From Octopus sinensis (lineage: Eukaryota), in the NCBI RefSeq assembly GCF_006345805.1, contig NC_042997.1, positions 142,972,001 to 143,036,000 of the forward strand: DNA of 64,000 nucleotides, given 5' to 3'. The number at the start of each line of letters is the position of its first letter. Positions within the stretch are counted from its first letter, which is position 1. Shown here one piece after another: positions 24,488-36,417 of this stretch. The notes under the pieces are model-generated. The model was not told the origin of the DNA, searched no databases, and saw nothing but the letters and a program-made list of their open reading frames with translations. The position numbers were made by a program, and so were the translations under genes.

Positions 24488-26132
24488 ATATATCTATATT
24501 CATCTCATCATCATCATCATTTAATGTCCGTTTGCCATGCTGGCAATGGTTTGGACAGTTTGACAGGAGCTGGTCAGCTGAAGAGCTGCCTGAGCTCCAT
24601 GTCTGTTTTGGCATGGTCTCTACAGCTGGATGCCCTTCCTAACACAAACCACTTTACACAGTGTACTGGGTCCTTTTATGTGACACCAGCATGGGTTAGT
24701 TTTATGTGGTACCAGCACCCACAAGCCTCCACAGTTAAGAGCACCCAGCTGAAGATGGATGTAGGTGACATGCCTGGATGCAAGTGCAACCACAAATTTA
24801 CTTAGCTTGACATGTCTTCTCAAGAATAGTTAAGCACCAGGAGTCCCAGTACCCTGTCATCCCTTCTGTTGTGTATATGAATGTGTATTTTAGACATGTA
24901 CGGATGTATATACTTCTATGTACTTGTACGTGCATATGTGTATATCAGGCATGTGCTGTTAATAATAACTCAGGGTAGGCAGTTGGTGACCTTTATGTAG
25001 TAAAACACACAAAAAATAAATGAAACACAGGCACACGACTGAATTGAAGGCAGATTTACTTCTGCCTTTAGAGCACGTAAAGAAAACAGTGTTGTAGGAG
25101 TGTACACAGCACATGTACTACAGTAGTACTATGCATAGTTTAAATACCGAGATTGAAAGGCAAGTGCAAATTATACCTACCTAATCTACAAAAAAATAAA
25201 ATATTTTGCATTTTATGCCTAGTAATCAGAATAACCTTCATAAGTTTATTGCATATTTTGCCATAAAAGGAAAATATTGCTATTGATCTATTTCAAGGTA
25301 TATATATTGTTGATATTATGTTCAACTGTTGTATGTCCAAATTTGGCTAAATGCGATTTTTTCAATATTTATTTTTGCTTGCAATAGCCAGTTCTTTTGG
25401 TCAAACTATCATATCTCCAGCTGCTTCAGATGCCAAGATATCAAAAATTGTCAAAGTGTAGTACAACGGTTTTGCTATGGAATGGTGAAACTGTTTTTTC
25501 GTTTTCTGAGAAAGCAACATTTCGAACTTACAACACTTTTGCATAATAGCAATGATATGTATATATATGTACCAGTGAATGAGGCTGTATATGTATGTGT
25601 GTTTACTCCTACTGCCTAAATAATCTGGGGCAGTCTAAATTAAGAATATTCAATGGCTCTTTTCCCACTAGGTCCTGTTTCCCTTTGTCTTTGCTTCTTC
25701 TATTTACTATGCCAATCCTCTTTATTCAAATTTCACTTTTTATTTTTTAGCCCCATCCGCTTGTTCACATCACACCTCTGTCTGCTGATCTCTTGTAACA
25801 CCTCCCTTAGCCTTCTCTCTTTCAACTTCAATTCCTTCATCATTTACCTGCCTGCAGCTCAAGATGACAACACCTCCTACTCTCTTTCTTCTCATCACTC
25901 CTCTCTCTCTGAACTTAACCAAACTATAAGCACTTGTGTAAAATAATTGAAAACTGAAAGTGGATCACAGACATGATTTACTAATACGGGAACCATAGAC
26001 ACTATTGCCTATAGCTTAGAAATATAAGGTCCTAGTTTAAATCCAGCATGGTATTATGTAAACATCAAGGATGAAAACTGGATGAAAACCCTTGATCGTT
26101 AATGGTGATCAAAGCAATCAAAAGTATAATGT

Positions 26133-26545
26133 ACTCTTTTACATGTTTCAGTCATTTGACTGTGACCATGCTGGAGCACTGCCTTTAGTCGAGCAAATCA
26201 ACCCCAGGATTTATTCGTTGTAAGCCTAGTACTTATTCTATTGGTCTCTTTTGCCGAACCGCTAAGTTACAGGAATGTAAACACACCAGCATCGGTTGTC
26301 AAGCAATGTTGGGGGGACAAACACAGACACACAAACATATACACACACATACATACATATATATGTATATACACATATATACGATGGGCTTCTTTGAGTT
26401 TCTGTCTACCAAATCCACTCACAAGGCTTTGGTTGGCCTGAGGCTATAATAGAAAACACTTGCCCAAGTTTCCACACAGTGGGAGTGAACCCGGAACCAT
26501 GCGGTTCATAAGCAAGCTACTTACCACACAGCCACTCCTACACCT
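26133..26545 (-). mobile_element. SINE family A, full length
   Basis: Head-to-tail homology with the other copies. Confidence 0.9.
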
Positions 26546-27129
26546 AGTAGTATAAAAATTATCATTATCAGTGTTTTACATGCAACTCTTCCATGCTGGC
26601 ATGGGTAGGGTGCTATTCTGAAACAATATTCTACAGCTGGATACCTGTTTTTTAATCAATCTTTTTAGTTGTCTTATATGATACACAGGGACATGGGGAA
26701 CCTATTTTATAAAAAGAGATTTCAGATAAGAGTGCTCCTATTCATAGCTTAGTTAAAGGAAGGACAGCAATGAAGACCTTTTCTAGGACCTCAACGACTA
26801 ATGGTAATAAGGGATACAGCTATATCTTCAGATCAAAAACCTGGCTAAAATGCTTGCAATAAAGTGGGCATCACTGAAGGCATCAACAAGCCAGGTAGGG
26901 GTGTTAAACTGTGGGTCAGATTAAGTCTACCACCTAAAATTAGAAATGGTCCCTCTGATGGGATTCGATATAATTTCTATCATATGACATATATTTTACC
27001 AAAACAATGTCTCAAAAAAAATCACCCTGGGTCATACATACAAAGTCATACAAAGTTAAGCATTTATTGCATGTTTTACATGTACTGCTGAAAATCCATC
27101 TCAAATGCCATCAAATACAGGAAATACAT

Positions 27130-27780
27130 GAAGGCCAGTCAGGCGGTACTGGCATTGGCTATGCTTGAATGGTGCTTTTTACATGCCACAAGCAACAATC
27201 ATGCTCAAATGGTGCTTTTTATGTGTCACCAGCATGGGACCAGTCAGGCGGCGCTGGTATCAACTATGTTCACATGGTGTTTTTTACGTATCACCAGCAC
27301 GTGTGCCAATCAAGCAGTATTGTCATTAACCACAATGACGAATTCACTTCTCTCCACAGGTCTTTGCAAGCACAGTTTATTTCTCAATGATTGAAGGGTA
27401 TTCTTAAATGGACTGGTTATGCTGCACTGGCATAGGCCACGGTTACGGTCTTACTTGGCTTGCTGGGTCTTCTCAAGCACAGGATATCTCCAAAAGTCTC
27501 AGTCACTTGCCATTGCCTCGGTGAGGTCCAATGTTTGAAGGTTGTGCTTCAACACCTCATCCCAGGTCTTCCTGGGTCTACCTCTTCCACAGGTTCCCTA
27601 TTCTACTAGGGTGTGATACTTTTTCACACCACTGTCCTCATCCATATGCAACACATGACCATACCAACGCAGTCATCTCTCTTGCACACCACATCTGTTG
27701 CTTATTATGTCCAACTTTTATCTCAGGGTGCTTACACTCTGTTGTGTAAGCACACTGACATTACACAACCAGCAGAGCAT
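27130..27780 (-). mobile_element. RTE (BovB-like) LINE C-terminus plus 3' UTR with tandem repeats
   Basis: Minus strand reads approximately QERRLRWYGHVLHMDED...CGRGRPRKTWDEVLKHNL, contiguous with the tandem ...TAAAAAGCACC... repeats. Confidence 0.85.
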
Positions 27781-28329
27781 ATTAGCATATATATATATAT
27801 ACACACAACAGGCTTCTTTCTGTTTCCATCTACCAAATCCACTCACAAGGCTTTGGTTGGCCTGAGTCTATAGTAGAAGATACTTACCCAAGGTGCTACA
27901 CAGTGGGACTGAACCTGGGTCCATGAGGTTGGGAAGCAAGCTTCTTACCACATATGTATGTATGTATTTAGTGCTGGATGTCAGATGAAAGAGTACTTGA
28001 TATGACAGTAGAGATAAATAATATTTTATTTTTGTTTGAGTCTAAGTCTCTTGATACTCTGAGTTTTGTCTGAGTTCCACAAGGTATTTAGGTGAAACTC
28101 AGTGTAGCAAGGCACTGACTTAACCAAAATAAAAATAGGTGTGTGCGTGTGAGAATGTAGTGATTGTGTAAGTGCCTATTTAGAACATTTGCTTAAACCG
28201 GTTAAAAACTTACAATCATGTGACGCTAATTAGATGCTGCTGATGAAATATATTTCTAAATTTAACAAACAGAAATAATGTACAAGCCTAAGAAGCAGCC
28301 TTTAATCTGACCTTCTTAGTCTTCTATTA

Positions 28330-29300
28330 TAATTCCATGTCCTTCATTCTCACTTACCAGAAACAGCCAGGTAAGTGAATGAAATTCAAAGCGCGTCTCC
28401 ATTCAACTCTTTCAAAGTCTTCAGTCGCTTGCTCTGACTGACTATCTCCTATACTTTGAATACTTCTCCTTCCTTAACCCCCACCTTTTTTTTTACCATA
28501 TTTGTGTTAAAATACACTGCTCTCCTTTCAATTTAAAAAATAACGAAAAATTTAGTAAAATAACATTTCCATTTTTAAGCTCATGTATTAACATGAAATT
28601 TTGAAGGAAGGTTTTAATTTCAGTTACTTAAATCCCATTGTCACCATATTTCTGTTGAAATACACTGCCTTCGGTTCAATTAATTTAAAAAATAATGAAG
28701 AATTTAGTAAAATAACTGTCATTATTAAGCTGGTGTTTGGAACATAAATTTATATAAACTTTTGATAGACAGTTTTAATTTAGAGTACATTAAAATGGAG
28801 TTTATATCATAAGACCAAGAGTGGTCTTAGGCAGGTTGGTATCAAAGAGTTAAGGACCACCAGTAAAGCTTTTGCAGAGCTAGAGAACACTTTGAAATCT
28901 AGTCTCCCTTATCACTCATCAGCAGGCTATTGCTCCCAAGAAATTTGATGAAAGTATAATTTTTATTGTTGGTATCAATAAATTTTTGCATGAGCAGGCA
29001 GTTTTGATAAGAGATTCATGTGTTAGGCATGAATCTCTTATTAAAACTGCCTGCTATGAATCTCTTATTAAAACTGCCTGCTTATGGTTTCCATCCACAT
29101 TTTGTGTCTTGGATCAGACGCCTCTTTGTCAGAGCACATGATCGTGACAGCAGGTGTATTATGGAGCTCTCTCTTTTTCTCATTCACATCCTTCCGCTGA
29201 TACATCAATGACCTACTTACCTTCACCTGTTACAATACCCACTTCCCACAATTTTGAATATACATTCATACATTCTCATGCAAATACAACACGCAGTGTG
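28330..29300 (+). pseudogene. Heavily decayed LINE reverse transcriptase (CR1/L2/Jockey group)
   Basis: With frameshifts: LSKVF...YFEYFSFLKDHQ (rejoined across the TTAA insertion) and NLLLKLPAYGFHPHFVSWIRR. Confidence 0.75.
28478..28849. mobile_element. TTAA-flanked piggyBac-type MITE family 2 with internal tandem duplication of about 165 bp
   Basis: TTAA at 28474-28477 and 28850-28853; removing it restores the LINE reading FSFLKDHQ. Related partial copy at about 42361-42564. Confidence 0.75.
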
Positions 29301-29782
29301 TTGTTTTTCCATGAGAGTGAATGTGTGTGTGTGTTTTCAAGGTGCGATGAGAAAACCAGCCAGATTGGCCATTCTTTATTGTGTAAAGTATGAGGTTTTC
29401 CTATTATGACTGTCTGTCCATCATCATTATCATCAACAGCAACAAGGACAAAGGCAACAACAATATTTAGTGTCCGTTTTTAATGCCAGCAAGGATTGGA
29501 TGGTTTAACCATGATGTAACAAGCTGCAGGACTACATTGAGCTCCAGTGTCTGCTTTGGCTGGTTGCCTTTCCTCATGTCAACCACTTTACAACATATAC
29601 AGGGTGCTTTTTCGTAATCCCTGTCTGTACCTATTTTCTTGCAGCCACTGACTTAACAACAGTTAAAGTGAAACATTGCTGGTATCCATCTTACCAGTGC
29701 TGAAAGGTCTGTAAATGCCATGGCTCTAGCCTCTTCCTCCAGTGAAACAAACCCTTAAATACATGCAGAATATATTTATATA

Positions 29783-29995
29783 TGAGGTGCTGAAAAGTTC
29801 CTGGTTTTGGGTAAAAGAAATTACAGGAGGATCAGTTAATTATGATTTCATTTTACATATTTCCCTCTCTGATTCACACACTAATTGCAGTGGTCCTTCA
29901 GTTTTTCTAAGCTCTGTAAAAGAACTTGGAAGGTTGGGCCTCCAACCGGACATTTTGCAATACACTTAAAACCAGGAACTTTTCAGCACCCACCC
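29783..29995. mobile_element. mariner-type MITE
   Basis: GGTGCTGAAAAGTTCCTGGTTTT at the left end and AAAACCAGGAACTTTTCAGCACC at the right end; TA|TGAGG start, consistent with CpG-decayed CGAGG. Confidence 0.8.
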
Positions 29996-30290
29996 CCACC
30001 GTGTGTGTATGTGGAGAGAGAGAGGGGGGGAGCAGCCCATGGTTAACACTCGGGATCTTTACATGCTCTGAATTAAATTGCGCCAAGGTTAACTTTGCTT
30101 TTTATTCCAATAGAGTCAATAAAAAAATTCATGATCTAAGATGCTTTATAATAATATTGAATCGTTCTTAGTACTACTAGCATTTCATGTTATTGACAAC
30201 GTACAGGTGAAAAGGCAACGTTGACCTTTGCATGATTTGGGCTCATGGATTTTGTCCATCGCTCTTACGACGCTGCTAACTGTTCAATCA

Positions 30291-30680
30291 TCTCTTCTCT
30301 CTCTATATAAACGGCAGTTTGTCTGTGCGTGTTTCTGTGTGTCTGTTTTCTCGTACCCTCACCCTGACCACGGCTTTCAACCGATTCTGATGAAACTTGA
30401 CACACACATAGCCCAATGTCATAATTCAAAACTAACGCAGCGAAAATTTTGAAAAGTTCCCCCAGTTCTGAAAAAAATCGATAAATTCGACATGGGGTCG
30501 AGAATCAGAAACCCAAACCACAGACCGTCTAGGGGACGCAACTCCACCTTTTTTAACTCTAAAAAAAAAATTACCATCATTTTTTTTCCATTTTTTTGCT
30601 ATTTTTTGGCTATAACTCTCTAAAAATGCTTTATAGTTATTTCCCTTACAAACCTGAGCAACGCCGGGCGATACTGCTAG
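30291..30680 (+). mobile_element. Non-autonomous Helitron
   Basis: A|TC 5' end (..TATATAAACGGCAG), 3' hairpin CCTGAGCAACGCCGGG, then CTAG|T; no TSD. Confidence 0.88.
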
Positions 30681-31401
30681 TCTTAAAATAACAGCTAAAT
30701 ATCTTTTAAAATTATTCCCCGACCGTTTTAAAAAATTGAAGGATATCTTAGAGAATGTAGTCCTAAATAGTTTAGCTGCAAGCAAGACGAGATGGCCACG
30801 GTTGGTATACTTATGATGATAGGTCTGCTCAATCAGGGTTGACCTGAATTGAACAAGTGTATTGAAAGTATTCAACTAACAATCAGAAGTGCAACAAAAG
30901 TTATTTATTTATAGTACTGAAATGCTTATAAGAAAGCAATTAATAAGGCCTTCCGTTAGATAATACTTTTGTTCTTTTATGACAATTCTCACGCATAAAA
31001 TTAAACTTGTTACCAAGGTCAACAGCATTTCGTGAGAGACTGTCAAGGACTCACGTTTTCCGTTAGTCAACAAGAATTAATGAGCTTGAAAGACAATTTT
31101 ACGGGCATTTTGGGGAGAGGCACGTAGCTTAATATATCATAGATGTTACTTTTCTAAATCATTAAGAATTTTTTAAATGAATACAGTTGCAGAATATTAC
31201 ACACATATACAATCTTTTTCCACTGGTCGAAATATAAACTCCACAGGTAGTTTTGTGATTTGCATTTGATCCCATAAAACGGGCACTAATTAATGCCTAG
31301 AAATATCACAATTAAAATCATAAAAGATTATACAAAATACTTAGTGCCGCCGAATGATGTAGGAAATCGATTTCGATATGATTATCTTTTTTCTTTATTA
31401 G

Positions 31402-31622
31402 GGAACTGAATTTACAATTGGTGGAAAACCAGTAAGAAAAACGTTTTCCGTTTGAAGGCTGCTACTCATTTTAAATGTCCCTAAGGAAGATAAAAATTAC
31501 GCAATGTTATTCTCTCAATGGACCTAAATCAGAACGTAAAACATTAACACTACAAATGATGAAGAAAAAGATACCAAAAAGATTAGCACTACAAATGATG
31601 AAGAAAAAGATACCAATCATAG
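31402..31622 (+). other. Candidate upstream (non-coding or decayed) exon
   Basis: Acceptor TTTTTTCTTTATTAG| and donor AG|GTAAGT; all three frames contain stops; in-frame 39-nt duplication. Confidence 0.5.
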
Positions 31623-32514
31623 GTAAGTTTAGATTATAAAACTTAAACCTGTCAGCTTTTGCTTAAAGTTTAATGTAATGTTCATATTTCCGAAAATTCA
31701 ACAGCTGTTAATTTAGTTTAAGAACTGTTTTTCAAATAGTAGATAATTTAACATAAAATCAATGTTGTATTAGGTTCTTCCCTGGTGAAAACCGCTTTTT
31801 TAAAAACACAATTATAAAATATTTGTAAGGTATATAAATTCTAAGTAAAGGTATGAACTCAAAGTTAAACAAAATAAAATATCTTCAAAGTTTCGGCGGA
31901 GTTCAGGAGTTCGTAAAAATATATCCTACTCATTCTAATGTTTCTAAATAAAATTTTAGGTTCACCAAATAATTTCTATGATTTAAATATATATTTTCCT
32001 TTCATCCTTCAACAAATTTTACGAGTAACAGCCGTGTTGGCACTTGCGTCCTTATACAAAGTACCACTATTTGTGAAACGTTTGCACATTGATAAATAAA
32101 TAAATGAAAACACAAAAAGTAAATGTCCTAAAACAATAAAATGAAAACATATAAACGAAGTTAACTAGTTTTAATAAATTTCATTCATCCCTTGTTTTAA
32201 TTCAATCTTTTAAAATAAAAAATAAATTGCAACAAATGAATTAAATGAAAGTTTGTTTACGACACCGTCTCAAAGTAAGAACGACTACTGCGTGTCTGCT
32301 AAATGACGATTATAATAATCGTTATTATTATTATTTCTAATTTAAGTACAAGGACAGTACATTTAAAAGAAGAGGTTAGTTGATGCCATCGGTCTCAGTA
32401 CTTGACCGATACTTTATTTTATCGACCCTAGAGAGATAAAAGCAAAGTTGATCTCGGTGAGATTTCTTTACGTTCTGAGTTCAAATCCCACCGATGTCAA
32501 CTTTGCCTTTCGTC

Positions 32515-32673
32515 CAGTGCCGCCTTAAGGCATGGGTACACTGGACGGTTGACCGGAGGCCTCATAGACCCAGGGGCCCAATTCTGATCTATGCATACTG
32601 TCAATAAATAATATAGAGCCTAGTGTATTGATTTGCCCGGGGGCATATAAATATTGCTGCTAAGATAGCTGTG
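32515..32673. mobile_element. hAT-type MITE inserted in a SINE B copy
   Basis: Starts CAGTGCCGCC; 8-bp TSD CTTTCGTC / CTTGCGTC; the SINE resumes after it. Related fragment at about 21920-21985. Confidence 0.7.
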
Positions 32674-32912
32674 CTTGCGTCCCTCTGGGATCGATAAAAT
32701 AAGGTTACCAGATACGTTCTAGAGTAGATGTAATCGACTGATACCCTCATCTCAAAATTGCTGCCCTTATACGCAAATCAGAAACCATTATTTTTACTCT
32801 AGATTAGTAAATAATAATAATAATGGTTTCTGATGTTACTACTAATAATATTATTGCAACTCTGCAAATTTTTTTTACAAAAGATTACGAACATAATGTC
32901 TATAATTTTTAG

Positions 32913-33033
32913 GTAATATTAATCAGTATGCAAGACCCGGTTCCGCATGGTCGGCATCTGTTAAGGAAAGGAATTGTAAATGACCTCGATTGAGAGATAT
33001 CATTAGCGGCTTTTCCGATATACATGCGCTGCT
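32913..33033 (+). other. Candidate 5' exon (mostly UTR; ATG at 33024 is in frame with the next exon)
   Basis: Acceptor TAATTTTTAG| and donor CT|GTAAGT; splicing to 33489 gives MRCYF-MGTKT.... Confidence 0.5.
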
Positions 33034-33493
33034 GTAAGTGAACCACGTCACCGCCGTTGGAGCTTTGGCAGTCGTGAAATACATCGCCAGCGTCACTATC
33101 GTAAAGTAGTAGAGGCAGACAACATGAAAACAGTTCTACTACTTCCACTACTACTATTTTAGACACTTAGAGACACAGAACAGGAACTATATTGGTTTGG
33201 GCATGGCCATTTGACGATCGCAAAATCACGACTGCTACGACGATAAACAGCATTTGTTCTGAAGAGAAATCACACGCACACGCAAAAACAGACATATACA
33301 TACATCTCTGTAATCTTTATAAACAAGTAACATTGTCCCTAAGGGACCGTCTTTATTATCGTCGTCTCTCACTAGAAATCAACCTATCTCTCTCTCACAC
33401 ATACACACAAAGCAGACATTTGGATATTTACCACGGCATGCTTTACCATAATCCAGTTACTACTTTATCTACCATTCTTCTATCCTAGACTTC

Positions 33494-33549
33494 ATGGGGA
33501 CCAAGACGCAGATTGTCAAGTTCTGCTTCCTTCTAATATTATGCCTGAC
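33494..33549 (+). CDS. Coding exon 1 of a putative small secreted peptide (signal peptide n- and h-regions)
   Basis: Exon 33489-33549 with pyrimidine-rich acceptor CATTCTTCTATCCTAG| and donor |GTAAGT; reads MGTKTQIVKFCFLLILCL + AC (phase 2). Confidence 0.65.
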
Positions 33550-34835
33550 GTAAGTTACAATTTATTATTTTGTTTAACTTAGTCACGTCTATCTAACTTT
33601 AAATCCCAAACACAACTGTATTTTGAATCATTTTGCAAATCTGTTTTGATGTATGAAAACTAACTCCTATACAAACTCTTTACGTGAGCAGTTTGTTCTC
33701 TGTCAGACTAAATGAATCTTTTATATTTTCTTTTAATCTGTTAACGCTATCATCATTATTTAAAAACTAATAACCTTTAAAAGAAAAACAGAAAACTAAT
33801 AATATATACACATCTACATTAAATTTCAACTGAACAAATATTTAAATTGCTATCATGTAAGCTATTAGTATCGTTAATAGATTAATATCTCTAATCAAAT
33901 GGAAAATAAACATAAAAACAAAATATTTTCATTGTCCCTCGTCGTTGCTATCTGTTGGACATTTAAATTGATTGTGAAATTTAAACCTATTGCTTATGAC
34001 TCTCTCCTAAAGTTGTTTATTTTAAATTTGTCCTATTAAAAAAAATATTTATGCATTAATATTGCTGTTTCTCTGTGTCTAATATATACACACACATTAC
34101 ACTTGCTTATCAAAAATTTAGGTACTTTGTTCCATCATTTTCACTACAACAATGATCATTCCATTTTAGTCGTTTCATAGCTTTCTTGTTACGATTATGG
34201 CGATTTTTCATAATCATGTACTGTATATATATTCTAAAATATTGCAGTCTTTTAATTAAAGAAAATTACAATATTACTATTAATCTGTTATACACCTTCG
34301 ACCTAATAACTCTACTGTTAGATTACACTTACTGATATGCTGAGGTTTCCATACTATCTTATATTCTATGTGGCCTTAATTTACCATGTTTTAATGTTTC
34401 TATTCCATGTTTTTCTACTTGGGGCCAATTTTATTTCAGCAATACATTAAACCATGTTAGAAGATACTTATTTTGTAACAGATACGTGTGTAACTTTAAT
34501 TAATATTTACGGAATTCACAAAACATGATTGTTCTTACGTAGAGTAAGACTCACCTCACTACTGACTTAGCCAACTAACTACAACTTGATGGGGGGTATA
34601 TTTTTATTTTTAATTCATATTGTTCAGCTTTTCTCTCCCTCTAAGTTGTCTTCCATTAATTTAAATACTGATGTTTGTGAAAATAAATGCACAGCATCGT
34701 CTAGAAATGGTTAGTATTGGTGGGGAAAGAGAGAGAGAGAGACCTGTGACTATAGATCCTTTAGTTTCTAGAATGGCTATTTACAATATCGGAATCTTCA
34801 GCATTGAACACATTTTGCTCAATGCTCACTCACAG

Positions 34836-34880
34836 ATCTCATGCTTACTCTTTTCCCGACCATTGTATTCGTTTTCCCTT
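34836..34880 (+). CDS. Coding exon 2 (45 nt, phase 2-2)
   Basis: CTCACTCACAG| ... |GTAAGA; reads (T)SHAYSFPDHCIRFP, completing an A-X-S signal cleavage site. Confidence 0.6.
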
Positions 34881-35117
34881 GTAAGATATCTCTTTTTAAT
34901 TTTAATCTTTCTTAATGCATCAATTGTTCCGTCCATTGAGTTGTAGAAACACAACGAAAAATCTATGAAGGATATCCACCGTATATACACAATCATCATT
35001 TTTTTTTTATTGGAAAGAAAATTTGCTTGTAATTGTCAATGAATGCGTCATAAAATGCGTATTCTTCATTTCAAACTCAATTTTACAAAGTAAACAATTC
35101 ACTTGAATTGTACATAG

Positions 35118-35168
35118 TAATATATTGGTTTGCCGATTTTACAATCGTGGTCGATGGTCATCATCTTG
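35118..35168 (+). CDS. Coding exon 3 (51 nt, phase 2-2)
   Basis: TACATAG| ... TG|GTAAAT; reads (F)NILVCRFYNRGRWSSS. The acceptor is only moderately pyrimidine-rich. Confidence 0.5.
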
Positions 35169-36327
35169 GTAAATTTCTGTTAACTGGTTTCCTTCCTCTC
35201 TGCATTTTTATTGAACATGTCGTTTCCTAAATGTCTGTCTACATGATTTTTTTTTTCCTTTTCCATTGGTGAATGAATTAGTAATATGATTTTATTTCAA
35301 AGTTAAAATGCTATTTTGACATTTGCCTGTATGACAGACACATACATCTTTCGTGTCGGCCACTACTTATCACCTATCATTTGGATCAGCTACATCATTT
35401 ACCGATTATTTTATGGTTGATAACAATTTTATAAAACTGCTATAATGTTGCTTTTATTTTTTTTCTGTATCTTACTGGTTTTGTGATTTTTGCAATATGT
35501 ATCCCACTACACGTTGCTTATTAAATGAATGGTATACTTTTTACGAATCGTTATAAAAACTACACATGTAAGTTTGTTAATAACTAGATCTATTGGTTAA
35601 CTATACTTTGCCTTCCAATTAGGCAGTTTACATAATAATATAGATTAATATCCTCACTTAAGATGATTAGTTAGCTGCGGCATGATTATTTGTATTAAAC
35701 AGAATTCACACCGCATTTGATGAAACTTATTTTGTACACATACATGTATTATATACACCATGTACCAAAAAACTATACATTCAAATATGATAAATAAATG
35801 ATTTTCAATTCTAAGCAAAAACAATGAAATGTGTAATTCATTTAATGGCAAAGAATTTGTTGTTAGAGACTTGATTTTCGGTGTTTTTCAAAGTCAATAT
35901 CTAGACCGACGAGTGACGATAGTTTAACCACGTGCCTATGGGTACGGCTCAAGAAGTCATTAACTATCTTGTCATAGTAGCAGAATGATTTCTGCTTTTC
36001 GCTGTCATATCGGTCCTTAGAGTGAGGTGTGTACGGGTGTTTATATCGTTTGCCTCAGTGTCTGAGCTAATTTCTTAGGGATATATTTTATTCTATGAGT
36101 ATCTAAAATAGTGATAAAAGTGTGTGTAGGTGTACATATGATTGTAAAAATACGTCTAACATATTTATGTGGAAGGGTTTATGCTTGTGTACCTAGACCC
36201 TTTTTTTTAAATACGTACATGTAAGAAAATATTTTCGGGAAACTCTTATATATATTGATTCATAGTGGTAGACTTTTATCTACTGTCTACCCTAAGCGTT
36301 CACTTATGTGACCTTTTACATACATAG

Positions 36328-36347
36328 TAGAGTTTATCGGTTCGGAG
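36328..36347 (+). CDS. Candidate 20-nt micro-exon
   Basis: CCTTTTACATACATAG| ... GAG|GTATGT; in phase 2 reads (C)RVYRFG. Confidence 0.3.
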
Positions 36348-36361
36348 GTATGTATTATGTA

Positions 36362-36417
<56 letters not shown>

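Noticed and set aside
28358-28450. Convincing-looking minus-strand exon GDSQSEQATEDFERVEWRRALNFIHLPGCF with a GTAAGT donor, and plus-strand candidate 28320-28370
   Set aside because: Both overlap the decayed plus-strand LINE reverse transcriptase, and the minus-strand acceptor is purine-rich.
32909-33166. 85-aa minus-strand ORF with a FFAT-like DVFHDCQS stretch
   Set aside because: No splice sites or homology; it overlaps the better-supported plus-strand exon.
34695-34709. 15-nt micro-exon candidate CATCGTCTAGAAATG with a GTTAGT donor
   Set aside because: Contains TAG in the phase-2 frame and has a weak pyrimidine tract; it could only act as a poison exon.
34836-35420. Alternative phase-1 reading as a multi-pass membrane protein (LMLTLFPTIVFVFPLIYWFADFTIVVDGHHLDTYIF...RLFYG*)
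   Set aside because: It cannot be joined to the phase-2 signal-peptide exon without an extra exon with weak sites, and T-rich DNA gives hydrophobic frames by chance. Kept as the main alternative model.
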